Source of the DNA: an uncultured Dehalococcoidia bacterium
GTDB lineage: Bacteria > Chloroflexota > Dehalococcoidia > Lucifugimonadales > G958296245
NCBI GenBank assembly: GCA_958296245.1
Contig: OY282458.1
Span: forward strand, 1,190,238 to 1,254,237
Length of the DNA: 64,000 bases
Direction: 5' to 3'
Shown here: in pieces, positions 43,410 to 53,448 of the stretch
How the letters are laid out: every line of letters starts with the position of its first letter
How positions within the stretch are numbered: position 1 is the first letter of the stretch
Notes under the pieces: generated by a model
What the model was told of the DNA's origin: nothing
Seen by the model: the letters and a program-made list of their open reading frames with translations, nothing else
Databases searched by the model: none
Position numbers and translations under genes: made by a program

Positions 43410-44192
43410 CTAGGCTTCGGCCCAAGGCCTCAGCACTTCAGAAGCGATGAGGTGGTCAAACCGCTCAGCAATCGCGGCCGCCTGGGGACCGCGAACCCTC
43501 AGCCCTAGCTCCAGATTTGATTCCAAACCATGGAATGTGAAGTTCGCCGAGGTGACAAGTGCGTCGAGACGATCCACGACCAGGCACTTGGCATGCAGCT
43601 TGGTGAACGGATGATCTGCCGGAGGTCTCCAAGTGTAGACTTTCGGTTTCTTTACGAAGACATCCCAAAGTTTGAGTAGATTGTCCAGATTCGTTGTCTC
43701 GTCTTCGTCGCTGTGGAGAACGATGGAGAGGGCCGCATGTCGCCTTACCGATTCAACCAGCAGTTCGACCACGCGCTCCATTGTCGTTCCAGGTTCTACG
43801 GTCAATGCATACCCTACAAGGAGCACCTCTCCGGCTTCACGCACGCTTTCGAGCATCTCCTCCAGGACGACGGATGTTGAACGAACTAGGGGGCCAGACG
43901 CCGCTGGGCCGGTCCAGGCGATTTCAATCTCGGGACGTGCGAGTCTCTCTACGAACCGGAGCCGATTCGCGACACGTAGCGCGGTGGCCACAGCTCTCTC
44001 GTCAATTCCTATCTGCTGGAGGGTCGCAGCGATCCTACCCGCATGGTCATCACTTACTCCCCGGAGACGAGCGAATCCGAAGGAGCTCGTCGATAGACTT
44101 ACACGACCAGCTTCGAGTCCTTCCGCCAGCGCATCAACCGCACTGGGAGGTAGCACTGCGACAAGCTCTGCAAGATCATCTGTCAGCGACAA
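43410..44192 (-). CDS. drmC: DISARM DrmC-like PLD-domain nuclease
   Basis: The C-terminal HKD-type motif is FTKLHAKCLVVDRLDALVTSANFT. It is the last gene of the drmD-A-B-C operon and overlaps the drmB stop. Confidence 0.75.
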   Translation of the reverse strand: MSLTDDLAELVAVLPPSAVDALAEGLEAGRVSLSTSSFGFARLRGVSDDHAGRIAATLQQIGIDERAVATALRVANRLRFVERLARPEIEIAWTGPAASGPLVRSTSVVLEEMLESVREAGEVLLVGYALTVEPGTTMERVVELLVESVRRHAALSIVLHSDEDETTNLDNLLKLWDVFVKKPKVYTWRPPADHPFTKLHAKCLVVDRLDALVTSANFTFHGLESNLELGLRVRGPQAAAIAERFDHLIASEVLRPWAEA

Positions 44193-45942
44193 ATGCGGTA
44201 TCCGTGGAACGCAGCGTCCCGGCCAAGACGGCTCTATCGAGAAAGTTGTTGCCTACCTCACAGGAAGTTTCGGATTCGAGAAGACAAGCGTGACACGCCG
44301 CTCCGTTTAGCTGAGTTCCCGTCGAACTCACGACCCGGTCGGCACAGAGCGGATCATTCGCGCACAGCTTCGAAGCCTTTAGGGCTCTATCCAACATCGG
44401 CCCCAGACGCTCGGAGCGTGACATTTCGACGAGTCCGCCGAGAGAACCTTCCGAGTCTGGACTTGCCGTGTAAATCAAAATGCCTGCCATAGCATCGGCC
44501 CCCGTACCGCAATATATGCGCTCTCGTAGCGAGGAGGACGCGTATCCGCACTCGAGTCCCAGTTGACGAACCAGGAGATGCGCAAGTGCGTGCAGAAGTA
44601 GATAACGTGCCGGCCTCGTCTCCGGTTCCTTCATATCCCGTGCCGCATACCATTCACGCTGCGCCGCAGAGTGTCGCTTGTACAAGTCATCAACTGCCGG
44701 GCGTTCCTCCCATTGCCTAACGACGTCCTCGTCGAGCCGAAGGAAGACGCCCTCGCCCCTCTGGTCAATGCCCGGAAGCCAACTCTGGCGCTTGGTGGCA
44801 AGCGGTGCCAGGCCCGCATCGATCGCGGCTACTTCGCCAAGATCGCCAATGTCGGGGATCGGGTCGATTCGCGTGAACCCTCGCAGTGCACGTACCTCAC
44901 GAAGTCGAACCACTTGCGTCACGTTGGCAACGAAAGGCTTGACCTCATCCGGAACCACCGTAGGTCTAGTCTGGAACTCGGCATCGGGATCGATGTGGTT
45001 CCTGTCGCGAGTGAATGAAGCCCACTCTTCACGCCGCAAGTCGGCGACACCGATGTCACCCGCCCGCCTTCGTTGTATGCCTGCCCACACCCGGTCCAGA
45101 GGGAATTCCTCTAGGGCTGGGGCATTGGCGAACTTCAGAAACATCTGCAGATCCTCAAGTGAGTTCACTTTCGCGAGCTCATCAACGTACTCGCCGATGG
45201 CGAGTTGTACAGGATCGGACCAAGGCGGTACCGAGATCGCGGATTCTACTACGGGAAAGTACGCGTTGGAGGCGCCTCGGAGTATCACGTGCATCTCTCC
45301 GTCACATGACTCGAAAGACTTGATATCCAACCAAGGCCGGAACCCGCTGCATTTCGGAAGACGCTTGCGAGCCATCGCGCCGGTTGCTTGGCCCAGATTT
45401 CTGGCACGATCATGGACCGGACATCGCACCCAAAGGTCCGTAATCGCGCCCGTGCGCCCGGAATCCCAAAGGTGTAGTTCCGCGTCACAGTCCAATTCGT
45501 CACCGTGCACGTAGTAGTGCCAAGGAAAGTCGTCCAGATGACCGCGACCACAGGCGACCATGAACCTAGCCGGGTACACCGGATGGTCGCGCCCTCCGCC
45601 GTGCGCCGCCGTGCACACATATTCCGGATTGCGCCGCTCCTGAAACTTGAACGCCGTATGAGGGGCAAGACGATTACATCGGGGACACACCATGAATCGA
45701 GGAAAGACACGAGCTGGCAGTCCCCCATTCCTTCGTTGGTGATGGTAGTAGGGGGGACGATAGAAGAAGCCGACTCCCAGTTTCCTAGCCAAGCGGGGTT
45801 CGTCTACCCTGCGGGCATTCGACGTGTCCCAGTCTTCGATCCCCGTCACTACCATCGACAGCGTCGGCAAATCGATTAGAGCACCCGGTCCGAACTGGGA
45901 CACGATCTGGCTCGGACGCATCTTTCCGGCGCGTACGGCCAT
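44176..45942 (-). CDS. drmB: DISARM DrmB-like DUF1998 protein
   Basis: The N-terminus is RPSQIVSQFGPGALIDLP and a CPRCNRL motif is present. The C-terminal DUF1998 Cys cluster is LCANDPLCAD...GAACHACLLESETSCEVGNNFLDR. Confidence 0.8.
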   Translation of the reverse strand: MAVRAGKMRPSQIVSQFGPGALIDLPTLSMVVTGIEDWDTSNARRVDEPRLARKLGVGFFYRPPYYHHQRRNGGLPARVFPRFMVCPRCNRLAPHTAFKFQERRNPEYVCTAAHGGGRDHPVYPARFMVACGRGHLDDFPWHYYVHGDELDCDAELHLWDSGRTGAITDLWVRCPVHDRARNLGQATGAMARKRLPKCSGFRPWLDIKSFESCDGEMHVILRGASNAYFPVVESAISVPPWSDPVQLAIGEYVDELAKVNSLEDLQMFLKFANAPALEEFPLDRVWAGIQRRRAGDIGVADLRREEWASFTRDRNHIDPDAEFQTRPTVVPDEVKPFVANVTQVVRLREVRALRGFTRIDPIPDIGDLGEVAAIDAGLAPLATKRQSWLPGIDQRGEGVFLRLDEDVVRQWEERPAVDDLYKRHSAAQREWYAARDMKEPETRPARYLLLHALAHLLVRQLGLECGYASSSLRERIYCGTGADAMAGILIYTASPDSEGSLGGLVEMSRSERLGPMLDRALKASKLCANDPLCADRVVSSTGTQLNGAACHACLLESETSCEVGNNFLDRAVLAGTLRSTDTAFVADR

Positions 45943-45943
45943 G

Positions 45944-48900
45944 TCACTCCTCCCGATCTTGGAGCAGGATTACGTCGACTTCCTCCTCCACCTCACGTAG
46001 GGAGGTGGCAACCGGCCAAGATCCTCTACCTTCAGTCTGCTCCATAGGCTTGATGAGGATTGCGGGGTCCTCTGTACTTTCGCTTTCCTTCCGACGTCCC
46101 CTCGTTCCGAAGGACGAGTAGATTAGCCCTTCGTCCGACTGAGCCCACCCGTGCCACTCGCTCGTCAGGTTGTCTAGCAGGAGCTTCGTCTCGGCATCTA
46201 CTCCCTGACTACCGGTTACCTTGTACGCGCGGTCACGGATGAATTCAACGATCTCGCTGACGCGGCCTAACGTCCAGTCGAAGCGAGACGCTGCCGCAGC
46301 GGGAAGCGCCATCCCGGGAACATCCTGACGAACAAACGACGTCAGAACACCACGTAGTGCACGATCGCGCGCGCGCTCCGAAAACGGAGTCACGCTTGTG
46401 GCCTCGACATGGCGATAGAACGTGTCGTGATAGTGTGCAAAGCGTTCGTAGTGTGAGATATCCCGAGGACGAACCCAGTTGTAGACCTCGACTATGAGAC
46501 CTGGATGCCTTCTTCCTACTCGGCTGGTCGCTTGGATGTATTCGGCGCTCGTCTTCGGCTGAGCGCTGACGACCATTAATCCCAAACGATCAATGTCGAC
46601 TCCGACCGAGATCATGTTCGACGCCAAGAGAACGTCGATTGGATAGGATCCCGCCGTCCGCATCTTGAAAGTCCTATCCAACGCATCGAGTGTGTCGGAA
46701 ATCTCGGAACTTCCACGACGACTGGTCAGCTCCCTGTCTTTCTCATACAGCAGGCGGTTTGGTCCGAACCCACGGTTCTGGAGCACGCGAAGGCGAGCCG
46801 GCACGTCATCGTCAAGGAGTCTAAGGGCACCACCGAGTTCGCGAAGAGAGTTGAAGTAACCGACCAGTGTCATATAGGCGTCCGCGGCGGCCACCTCTTC
46901 ACTATCGGGATCGGCGGCAACGGCCGTATCGAACTCGAACTGCGCTCTACTAAGCAGCGCACCGTATGTTCTCACCAGTGTCGTCTTGATCGATTTGCCC
47001 GGCCCGAACAAGCCCACATACAGACGCCCCGGCTTGTCCGTCTCTTCTACGGCAAAGAATGAATCGGAGGCGTCGATTCCGAGAGGAGGGAAGATATCCG
47101 CGTCGCGATCGAAGAGTGACCGAATTTGGGTCGTAGCACGTCTGACTGTAGCGGTCGAAGCTACGATCTTCGGCCGGACGGGTCCATCGTTGGAAGCTCT
47201 GGTAGATAGCCCGTCGATCACCGACTCGTAGATGCCAACGAGACTTCCCATTGGCCCGGCAATCAGATGGAGTTCGTCTTGAATGATGAGGTCCGGAGGC
47301 GCGAGAGGCGCTCTCAGGTCGCGAACTACGGCGGCCGGCGACCCGACACTTTCGCGGTGCCTAGCCTGATGAGACTCTCCCTCTCCTAGGTAACCGTGGC
47401 GCGGGCAATGGCGGTCCACTCGGCCGAACAGCGCTCGTATGCGACCGTTCCAGGCCATCTGCGCGAATTTGTCGACTGTTGCCAAGACCAGCGACGGGGG
47501 ATGACGATATATCTCCTGATCGACGACGAGCGCCGGAACTCCAAGCTCGGAAGTGGCAGCCCCGAAGGGGCAGTCAACGGCCAAACATTTGATTAGTGTG
47601 CGTTCGAGTTCGTCGTCCGTCACATAGTTCGAGGGAGCGATGTCGCTTCCGCACCATGGACAATAGAGAACCTGGTAGGGTGATCTACCGTAGACGCGCC
47701 GTTCCTTTTTCAGTTGGTCGAGAGCGTCCTTTGAGTCCTCATAGGAATTGGGCGTAACGGACTGCCCGACCCAGAGCCCGATGGTAAAATGCTTCTCCCC
47801 CCACTTCCCAACGTCCTCCTGCCGGAGCAACTCGCTGGCGCATACTAGGGTTAGAGCACGTTGGAACTGCTGGATCGTGAGCAGTCTAAGGGTGTACCGC
47901 ATAAGCACCGCCGTGCCCGCACTCCAATCGTACCTCTCGTCGACTTGTAGCCGCCTCAAGGCAAATGTGAATGCCGTGAGACCCAAATACGCCTCGGTCT
48001 TGCCGCCCGCGGTCGGATACCAGAGTAGGTCGGCAACGTCCCTGTCTGGATGTGAGGGATGAACAAGTGCCGTCAGAGATTGAAGGATGAAGCCGATTTG
48101 GAACGGACGCCACAATGTCGGTATCTGATCGTCCGTCGGGACGGTGTCACCCCGGCGTCGATGCAGAACGCGCACGGTGGTCCGCCTCTGCATTGCCATC
48201 GCGCGATTCGCGAAGCGGAAGGCTTCAAATGCGTGCGGATCCGTCAAGCACTCCAATCCCAGGCGCATTCGCTCAAGGCTCTCAACTTGAGCCGCGATGT
48301 GATCGCGAGCCACCGCATCGTCGGGAGGAGATATACCGTCGACTTCGGCCTTTCGTTTATCTATCCATTCCTCGTACGCTTCAAGTAACGGAAGAAGTAG
48401 AGCTCGCACCTGTTCGGGGGCCTTCGCCCGGCCCAGTCGGTCCATCGACAGCGGCGGTACATTCGTTGGGCCGCGCACGGCATGTACTTCGCGACTCGGC
48501 ACGATTGTCGTGTAGACTCTGGTGGCCCGAGTCTCATCCTCACTATCCGTATTCCAGCCGACGGCTACTCCGTGTCCGACGGCGAATTCTTGTCGACGGC
48601 GGTAGATGAGGTCGGCAGACGCCATATCCGGATCGGTATCCGGAGTACTACGAGGCAATCTCCTCGACAGGAAGATCGGACCGTTTCCGAATACGGACAG
48701 TTCGGGCTGGTACATCCAGTCTTCGTCGGCCGACCGCCTGTCCTGGGACGCGGTACGGGTGTTCGTGAGAAACACCGATACCACCCTTCGAACTGCGAGG
48801 CTTTCGACGACCCATTCAATCGACGCGCCAGGCGAAATCTGTTCATGTCCGGTTCGATTGGAGAGTGGCAGCAGTATGGTTGCGTCAAATGGAGTTCGAA

Positions 48901-49366
48901 CCCAACGGTACTCCTTGTGCCTGGTCGTTGCAGTTGTCTCTGGGTCGGCGTCCGGGTCGATGTCGGTGGCTTCCTCCGGATTCAATTCGGGGCTGTCGAC
49001 CATCTCAACCCGTTCATACTCTCCCCAACCGGCACGGACGCTGACGGCGTCGCAGTCGGCACTGACGATAAACGATAGCCCGATGGACGAAGGCGCCAGT
49101 TGCTGCACCCCTCGGGGACCGGCTTCATAGTCTTCGTCGTCTTCGACGGTCGAGGTCGCACTTTCGTCTTCCGAAGGCGAAAGCCTCGTGCCCTGCGGAG
49201 CCAGCATTCCTATTAGGTAGCGGGTTGACGGTGATTGCGCCAGCTCCTCGTCTGGCGCTTCGGGTCCGAGAAGGTCCGTTTTCAGAGCGTTGAGCAACCG
49301 CTCCCTTACGGTTTCTCCCTGCGCCTCGAAGTAGGCGGAAGCTTGCCCGACTGGTTGCGAATTCAT
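45944..49366 (-). CDS. drmA: DISARM DrmA-like SF2 helicase
   Basis: 1140 aa. Motif I is YPTAGGKTEAYLGL and motif II is IIQDELHLI. The C-terminal helicase motif is SNMISVGVDIDRLG...QATSRVGR. Confidence 0.8.
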   Translation of the reverse strand: MNSQPVGQASAYFEAQGETVRERLLNALKTDLLGPEAPDEELAQSPSTRYLIGMLAPQGTRLSPSEDESATSTVEDDEDYEAGPRGVQQLAPSSIGLSFIVSADCDAVSVRAGWGEYERVEMVDSPELNPEEATDIDPDADPETTATTRHKEYRWVRTPFDATILLPLSNRTGHEQISPGASIEWVVESLAVRRVVSVFLTNTRTASQDRRSADEDWMYQPELSVFGNGPIFLSRRLPRSTPDTDPDMASADLIYRRRQEFAVGHGVAVGWNTDSEDETRATRVYTTIVPSREVHAVRGPTNVPPLSMDRLGRAKAPEQVRALLLPLLEAYEEWIDKRKAEVDGISPPDDAVARDHIAAQVESLERMRLGLECLTDPHAFEAFRFANRAMAMQRRTTVRVLHRRRGDTVPTDDQIPTLWRPFQIGFILQSLTALVHPSHPDRDVADLLWYPTAGGKTEAYLGLTAFTFALRRLQVDERYDWSAGTAVLMRYTLRLLTIQQFQRALTLVCASELLRQEDVGKWGEKHFTIGLWVGQSVTPNSYEDSKDALDQLKKERRVYGRSPYQVLYCPWCGSDIAPSNYVTDDELERTLIKCLAVDCPFGAATSELGVPALVVDQEIYRHPPSLVLATVDKFAQMAWNGRIRALFGRVDRHCPRHGYLGEGESHQARHRESVGSPAAVVRDLRAPLAPPDLIIQDELHLIAGPMGSLVGIYESVIDGLSTRASNDGPVRPKIVASTATVRRATTQIRSLFDRDADIFPPLGIDASDSFFAVEETDKPGRLYVGLFGPGKSIKTTLVRTYGALLSRAQFEFDTAVAADPDSEEVAAADAYMTLVGYFNSLRELGGALRLLDDDVPARLRVLQNRGFGPNRLLYEKDRELTSRRGSSEISDTLDALDRTFKMRTAGSYPIDVLLASNMISVGVDIDRLGLMVVSAQPKTSAEYIQATSRVGRRHPGLIVEVYNWVRPRDISHYERFAHYHDTFYRHVEATSVTPFSERARDRALRGVLTSFVRQDVPGMALPAAAASRFDWTLGRVSEIVEFIRDRAYKVTGSQGVDAETKLLLDNLTSEWHGWAQSDEGLIYSSFGTRGRRKESESTEDPAILIKPMEQTEGRGSWPVATSLREVEEEVDVILLQDREE

Positions 49367-52300
49367 GACAACACGTCCTCGTTCCTCGATTGAGGGACAA
49401 CCTCAACGCGCGCGGCGGCCAGTAACCGATACTCCGCCTGAGCCATCTGGGCGGCGGCGAGGTCGCGCAAAGACCGAGCCTTATCTTGTCCAAGCGATTC
49501 GAGCTCCCCCTGGGCACGTTCCAGATTGGCCTCCCATAGTGGGATGGCCTGACGCTGCAATGGTTGGTCCGAAGCCTTGAGCCGCTCCAAGGTGCCCGCA
49601 CACGACCGAATCCGATCCCTGGCCGCTCTGGCACGATTGTCGTACAGACGTTGGATACGATCCCGCTCTATTTCAATGCGGCTCTGCGTCTCCTCACGGA
49701 GATTGGCAATTTGCTCGTCGACTATTGCACGGACTTCCTCGTGGGCGCGTTCATAGGAAGCGTCCAAGGTAGCGAAGTCGACGCATCCCTCGGATTCCTC
49801 TTGTTGGAATTTGCGGGAGTGCTCAAGCAGGTCTGCGCCTAGGACGGGATCGACCAGTCCACGGTCGTCTACGAATGAGGAGTGCATGAATTCCCGAGGT
49901 TTCAGGCCTCCCACCTTGACCAGCCAGTTAAACTGCCAGCCCGGCCGTAATCGGTCCACGGTCCCGTCCCGGAGTTGTCTTATCGCGCTGGCACCCTCGT
50001 GGCGCTCCTCGGTCACACGCCTAACTATCGCATCGATGATCGGATGCCCGAAGCCGAAGTATTCGACAAGTTCGCTATCGACGAACGTCTGAGGATCGAA
50101 GCTAACGCGCCGCTTCTCCTCGCCGTCGACGAGTTCTTTGTGTTCCTCCGTGAACGGCGGATGGAAATGAATGCGCCGTTCGGCCGTGTCCCGACGGGTC
50201 TCGACCCAAGTGTTCACCGATCGCAGAAGCGCCATCATCAGCCGCTCAAAGTCCGCTTGACTAACGGATTGCCTTTCCTGGAGTGCCGTCTGAGCAATCT
50301 CTGCTGCGAAGCTCTTGGTGTCGAGGATAAGGTCCTTTAGCTGGGTCTCGGCTATTCGAGCCTGGCGTACTCGCTCTTCGAGTCTCTGAGCTACGCGCTC
50401 CAACTCCCTATCCCGCTCATCCGCAGTCGCCCGCAGGGCCGTCCTGATATCGGCCTCTGCGTCCCCGAGAATCGGATCAAGGCCTCCTATCGACTCCTCG
50501 AAAAGCCGGATACGCTGCTCGAGGACATCAAGGATTCGCCCCTCGATGGTTCCCCGAACGTGAAAGTTGAAGATGGTCACGGGATGTTCCTGGCCGATTC
50601 GGTCTACGCGCCCGATTCGCTGTTCCACGCGCATCGGGTTCCAAGGCAGATCGTAGTTGACGAGGACGTGCGCAAACTGGAAGTTGCGACCCTCCCCGCC
50701 CGCTTCGGTTGATACCAAGATCTGCGGCCCAGCCCCGACTCGAAATGCTTCGATGGCGTTGTCCTTCTGAAGGGGGTCTAATTGCCCGTGGAACCGGTGG
50801 GCGGACCATCCCTGCGCCGCGCTGAGTTCTACGAGCATCTCCTGCGTCTCGCGGAATTCGGTGAACACGATCACCTTGCCGTCCGCGTCCTCCTCGAATA
50901 GCTCCCGCAGCTTTTCGGCAAACGTCCGTGCCTTCGAGTCGATATCGATTCGTCTCAAAAGTTCGATGACGCGGTCGATCCTGAATATTTCATGGGCCGA
51001 CGCCTCTGGGAGTTCCCTGGTAATCTCGGAAGCCTCCACATCATCGGACAGGCCGTCTTCGGCCGCTTCCGCCGAGAGGGTTCCGGTTATTTTGCCCTGT
51101 AACAGTCGATCACGACGACTGTCCAGGGACTTCAGCAACGCACGAGAGGAACTGGCTGCCAATTTCTGCCAGATAACCATAAGGAAGCCCACCGCGTTCC
51201 TCTGGGTTCGCTCCGCCTCCCTGTATCCGTCGGAGATGATCGAATCCATCTCGGACTGTACCGCCCGTTCATCCTCCGTAATGTGTACGTCCCATCGGAA
51301 CGCCCTTCGAGGTTGGAATCCACCGATGACCGCCCGACGATTCCGTATTAGCACCTCGCTCAGCCTATGCCGTTCCCTAAGCCTCCCAATCAACTCGCCG
51401 ATTTCCAAATCTTCCAGCTCGCTTGATTGTTCGTCGAGGAGAGCTCCCGCCCGCTCGGTCAGTTCGCCTACGGCGCCATGGCGGGTGAGCTCTTCCACGA
51501 GTCTGTTCAGTCCGCCTAGACCCTGCACATGAGAGACGAAGTCGTCTTCTGAGGCGAAGAGAACCGGGTTAAGCATCTCGACCAGGGAGAATAGTTCGTG
51601 GCGGTGGAGTTGCAGAGGCGTTGCCGTCAAGAACAGCACGCCCCGTCTGGCAAACTCGGGACGGGAGGTTAGAGCCGACACTAGCCGATAAAGGTTCGTC
51701 ATAGTGACGCTACTCCCCGACCTTTGTCGACGAGCGTGGTGTGCCTCGTCGACGATGATCAAGTCCCAGTCGACGGCAGCGATCTCCTCACGACGATCAG
51801 AACTCCAAGAGGCCCACGACTGAGAAGTGATGACCGAGTCGTGGTCGGTCCATGGATTCCTGGTCCCCTTTGATTTGAGGTATTGAAGTGTATTCCTGTC
51901 GAAAATCGCGAAAGTTTCGTTGAATTTTGTTTTCAACTCGAACTGCCACTGACGAACCAAGCCGGAGGGCACTAGGATCAATACTCGCCTGGCGAGACCT
52001 CGCGCTCGTAGCTCCTTTACGATCATGGCAGCCTCGATCGTCTTGCCTAGGCCGACCTCGTCACTCAGAAGGAAGCGATACGGATAAGACGAGGTGACCC
52101 TATGCACGACCGACACCTGGTGCGGCTTGAGGTCGACTCGAGCATGCGATAGGGAGACGAGCGAATCGTGTAGGTGTCGCGTCCATAGGTCAGCCGCGAC
52201 CGAGCGCAGATTGAATTGCGCGGCGGTCCCCAGCTGATTGGCTCGAATTCGTTCGATGGGATCATCCAGGGTCGCCGGACGAAGGGCCATCTCTGCTACA

Positions 52301-52581
52301 TTGCTCGTCGTCCCATCGGCGAAAGCAACTTTAACGGTCGGATAGGTTTGTGTGGACACGCTCGCGATAACTACACCTACCCCGCCGTCGCCCCGCATGA
52401 CGTGATCCCCAAGCCCGAAGGGGGCCGGATCAAGTACGCCCGCATCAAGACTGAACATTTGCTCCGCGCCATTGTCAAATGCGACGAAGGCTGTCTGGCC
52501 CTCTATGCGATCGACATAACCGTCCAATCCACCGGCGGCCCAGCGGACCCTTCCTCCAACTCTAATCGTCATTGCACTCAT
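49363..52581 (-). CDS. drmD: DISARM DrmD-like SNF2-family helicase
   Basis: Motif I is LLSDEVGLGKTIEA and motif II is LIIVDEAHHAR. The C-terminal segment is YDLPWNPMRVEQRIGRVDRIGQ. The start has an ATGA overlap with drmA. Confidence 0.8.
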   Translation of the reverse strand: MSAMTIRVGGRVRWAAGGLDGYVDRIEGQTAFVAFDNGAEQMFSLDAGVLDPAPFGLGDHVMRGDGGVGVVIASVSTQTYPTVKVAFADGTTSNVAEMALRPATLDDPIERIRANQLGTAAQFNLRSVAADLWTRHLHDSLVSLSHARVDLKPHQVSVVHRVTSSYPYRFLLSDEVGLGKTIEAAMIVKELRARGLARRVLILVPSGLVRQWQFELKTKFNETFAIFDRNTLQYLKSKGTRNPWTDHDSVITSQSWASWSSDRREEIAAVDWDLIIVDEAHHARRQRSGSSVTMTNLYRLVSALTSRPEFARRGVLFLTATPLQLHRHELFSLVEMLNPVLFASEDDFVSHVQGLGGLNRLVEELTRHGAVGELTERAGALLDEQSSELEDLEIGELIGRLRERHRLSEVLIRNRRAVIGGFQPRRAFRWDVHITEDERAVQSEMDSIISDGYREAERTQRNAVGFLMVIWQKLAASSSRALLKSLDSRRDRLLQGKITGTLSAEAAEDGLSDDVEASEITRELPEASAHEIFRIDRVIELLRRIDIDSKARTFAEKLRELFEEDADGKVIVFTEFRETQEMLVELSAAQGWSAHRFHGQLDPLQKDNAIEAFRVGAGPQILVSTEAGGEGRNFQFAHVLVNYDLPWNPMRVEQRIGRVDRIGQEHPVTIFNFHVRGTIEGRILDVLEQRIRLFEESIGGLDPILGDAEADIRTALRATADERDRELERVAQRLEERVRQARIAETQLKDLILDTKSFAAEIAQTALQERQSVSQADFERLMMALLRSVNTWVETRRDTAERRIHFHPPFTEEHKELVDGEEKRRVSFDPQTFVDSELVEYFGFGHPIIDAIVRRVTEERHEGASAIRQLRDGTVDRLRPGWQFNWLVKVGGLKPREFMHSSFVDDRGLVDPVLGADLLEHSRKFQQEESEGCVDFATLDASYERAHEEVRAIVDEQIANLREETQSRIEIERDRIQRLYDNRARAARDRIRSCAGTLERLKASDQPLQRQAIPLWEANLERAQGELESLGQDKARSLRDLAAAQMAQAEYRLLAAARVEVVPQSRNEDVLS

Positions 52582-52699
52582 ACGGCCTCTCGCCTCCTGC
52601 GCCCAGGGCGCATCCCCGAGCTAGCTTCGACCCTCCGATGACTAGCCCGCCCTTGCCCGCAAACTGATCGCCAAGGCAGCCGGATTCGCCCGGGACGAG

Positions 52700-53431
52700 G
52701 TGACCGAGCCTCTGGTGCAGTTGCAACGACAGCGGCTCCTCGACGATCTGCCCGCCCGTCTGGAGTTCGTCAGCCGAGGCTTTGACTTTCAGGCTGCTGA
52801 GCTCGCGGCGGCCAGGGCGCGCTTCACCGAAAGAAGCCGTTCCGGCGACCCCTCCGCCAAGGGCGAACTCTCTAAGATCAAGAGGAGGCAGCGCAGCTTG
52901 GCGTCGGTGCGAGGCCGTCGTCTCGGTGAACTTCAGTCCGAACCGGGGCATATTAGGCCGGGTGCGTTCGAGTTTCTCGTCCACGCACTCGTGGCGCCCA
53001 ACCAGGACCCCGAGGAGGCCAAGCGTTTCGACGCCCAAGTCGAAGCCATTGCTGTGGAAGTCGCCACCGGATACGAGGAGAGCCTCGGCGCCGCCGTGAA
53101 GGACGTCTCAAAGCCCGAGCTCGCACGGCGCGCGGGGCTGCCGGACTGGCCGGGATTCGATCTCCTAGCCGCCCATCCGGGGGCCGAACGGCGGGCCATA
53201 GAGGTCAAGGGCAGCGCCGGTGCGGGAAACGTCGAGATAAGCGATAACGAATGGGCCAAGGCCTGCAATCTTCGCAACGACTACTGGCTGTACGTCGTCT
53301 TCGACTGCGCCACGCCGCACCCGCGCCTCGTGCGTGTGCGCGATCCGTTTGCCAAGCTGCTTGCGAAAAGCCGCGAATCGTTTGCCTACACGATCAGCCC
53401 TAGGGCTCTGCGCGAGGCGGCAGAGCCCTAG
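52700..53431 (+). CDS. DUF3883 (NOV C-terminal-like) domain protein, probably the 3' remnant of a larger helicase gene
   Basis: GFDLLAAHPGAERRAIEVKGSAGAGNVEISDNEWAKACNLRNDYWLYVVFDC matches DUF3883. Protein-like sequence continues in frame upstream of the GTG back to a TAG at 52643-52645. Confidence 0.65.
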   Translation: MTEPLVQLQRQRLLDDLPARLEFVSRGFDFQAAELAAARARFTERSRSGDPSAKGELSKIKRRQRSLASVRGRRLGELQSEPGHIRPGAFEFLVHALVAPNQDPEEAKRFDAQVEAIAVEVATGYEESLGAAVKDVSKPELARRAGLPDWPGFDLLAAHPGAERRAIEVKGSAGAGNVEISDNEWAKACNLRNDYWLYVVFDCATPHPRLVRVRDPFAKLLAKSRESFAYTISPRALREAAEP

Positions 53432-53448
53432 GGAATGGGGGGCCGAGA

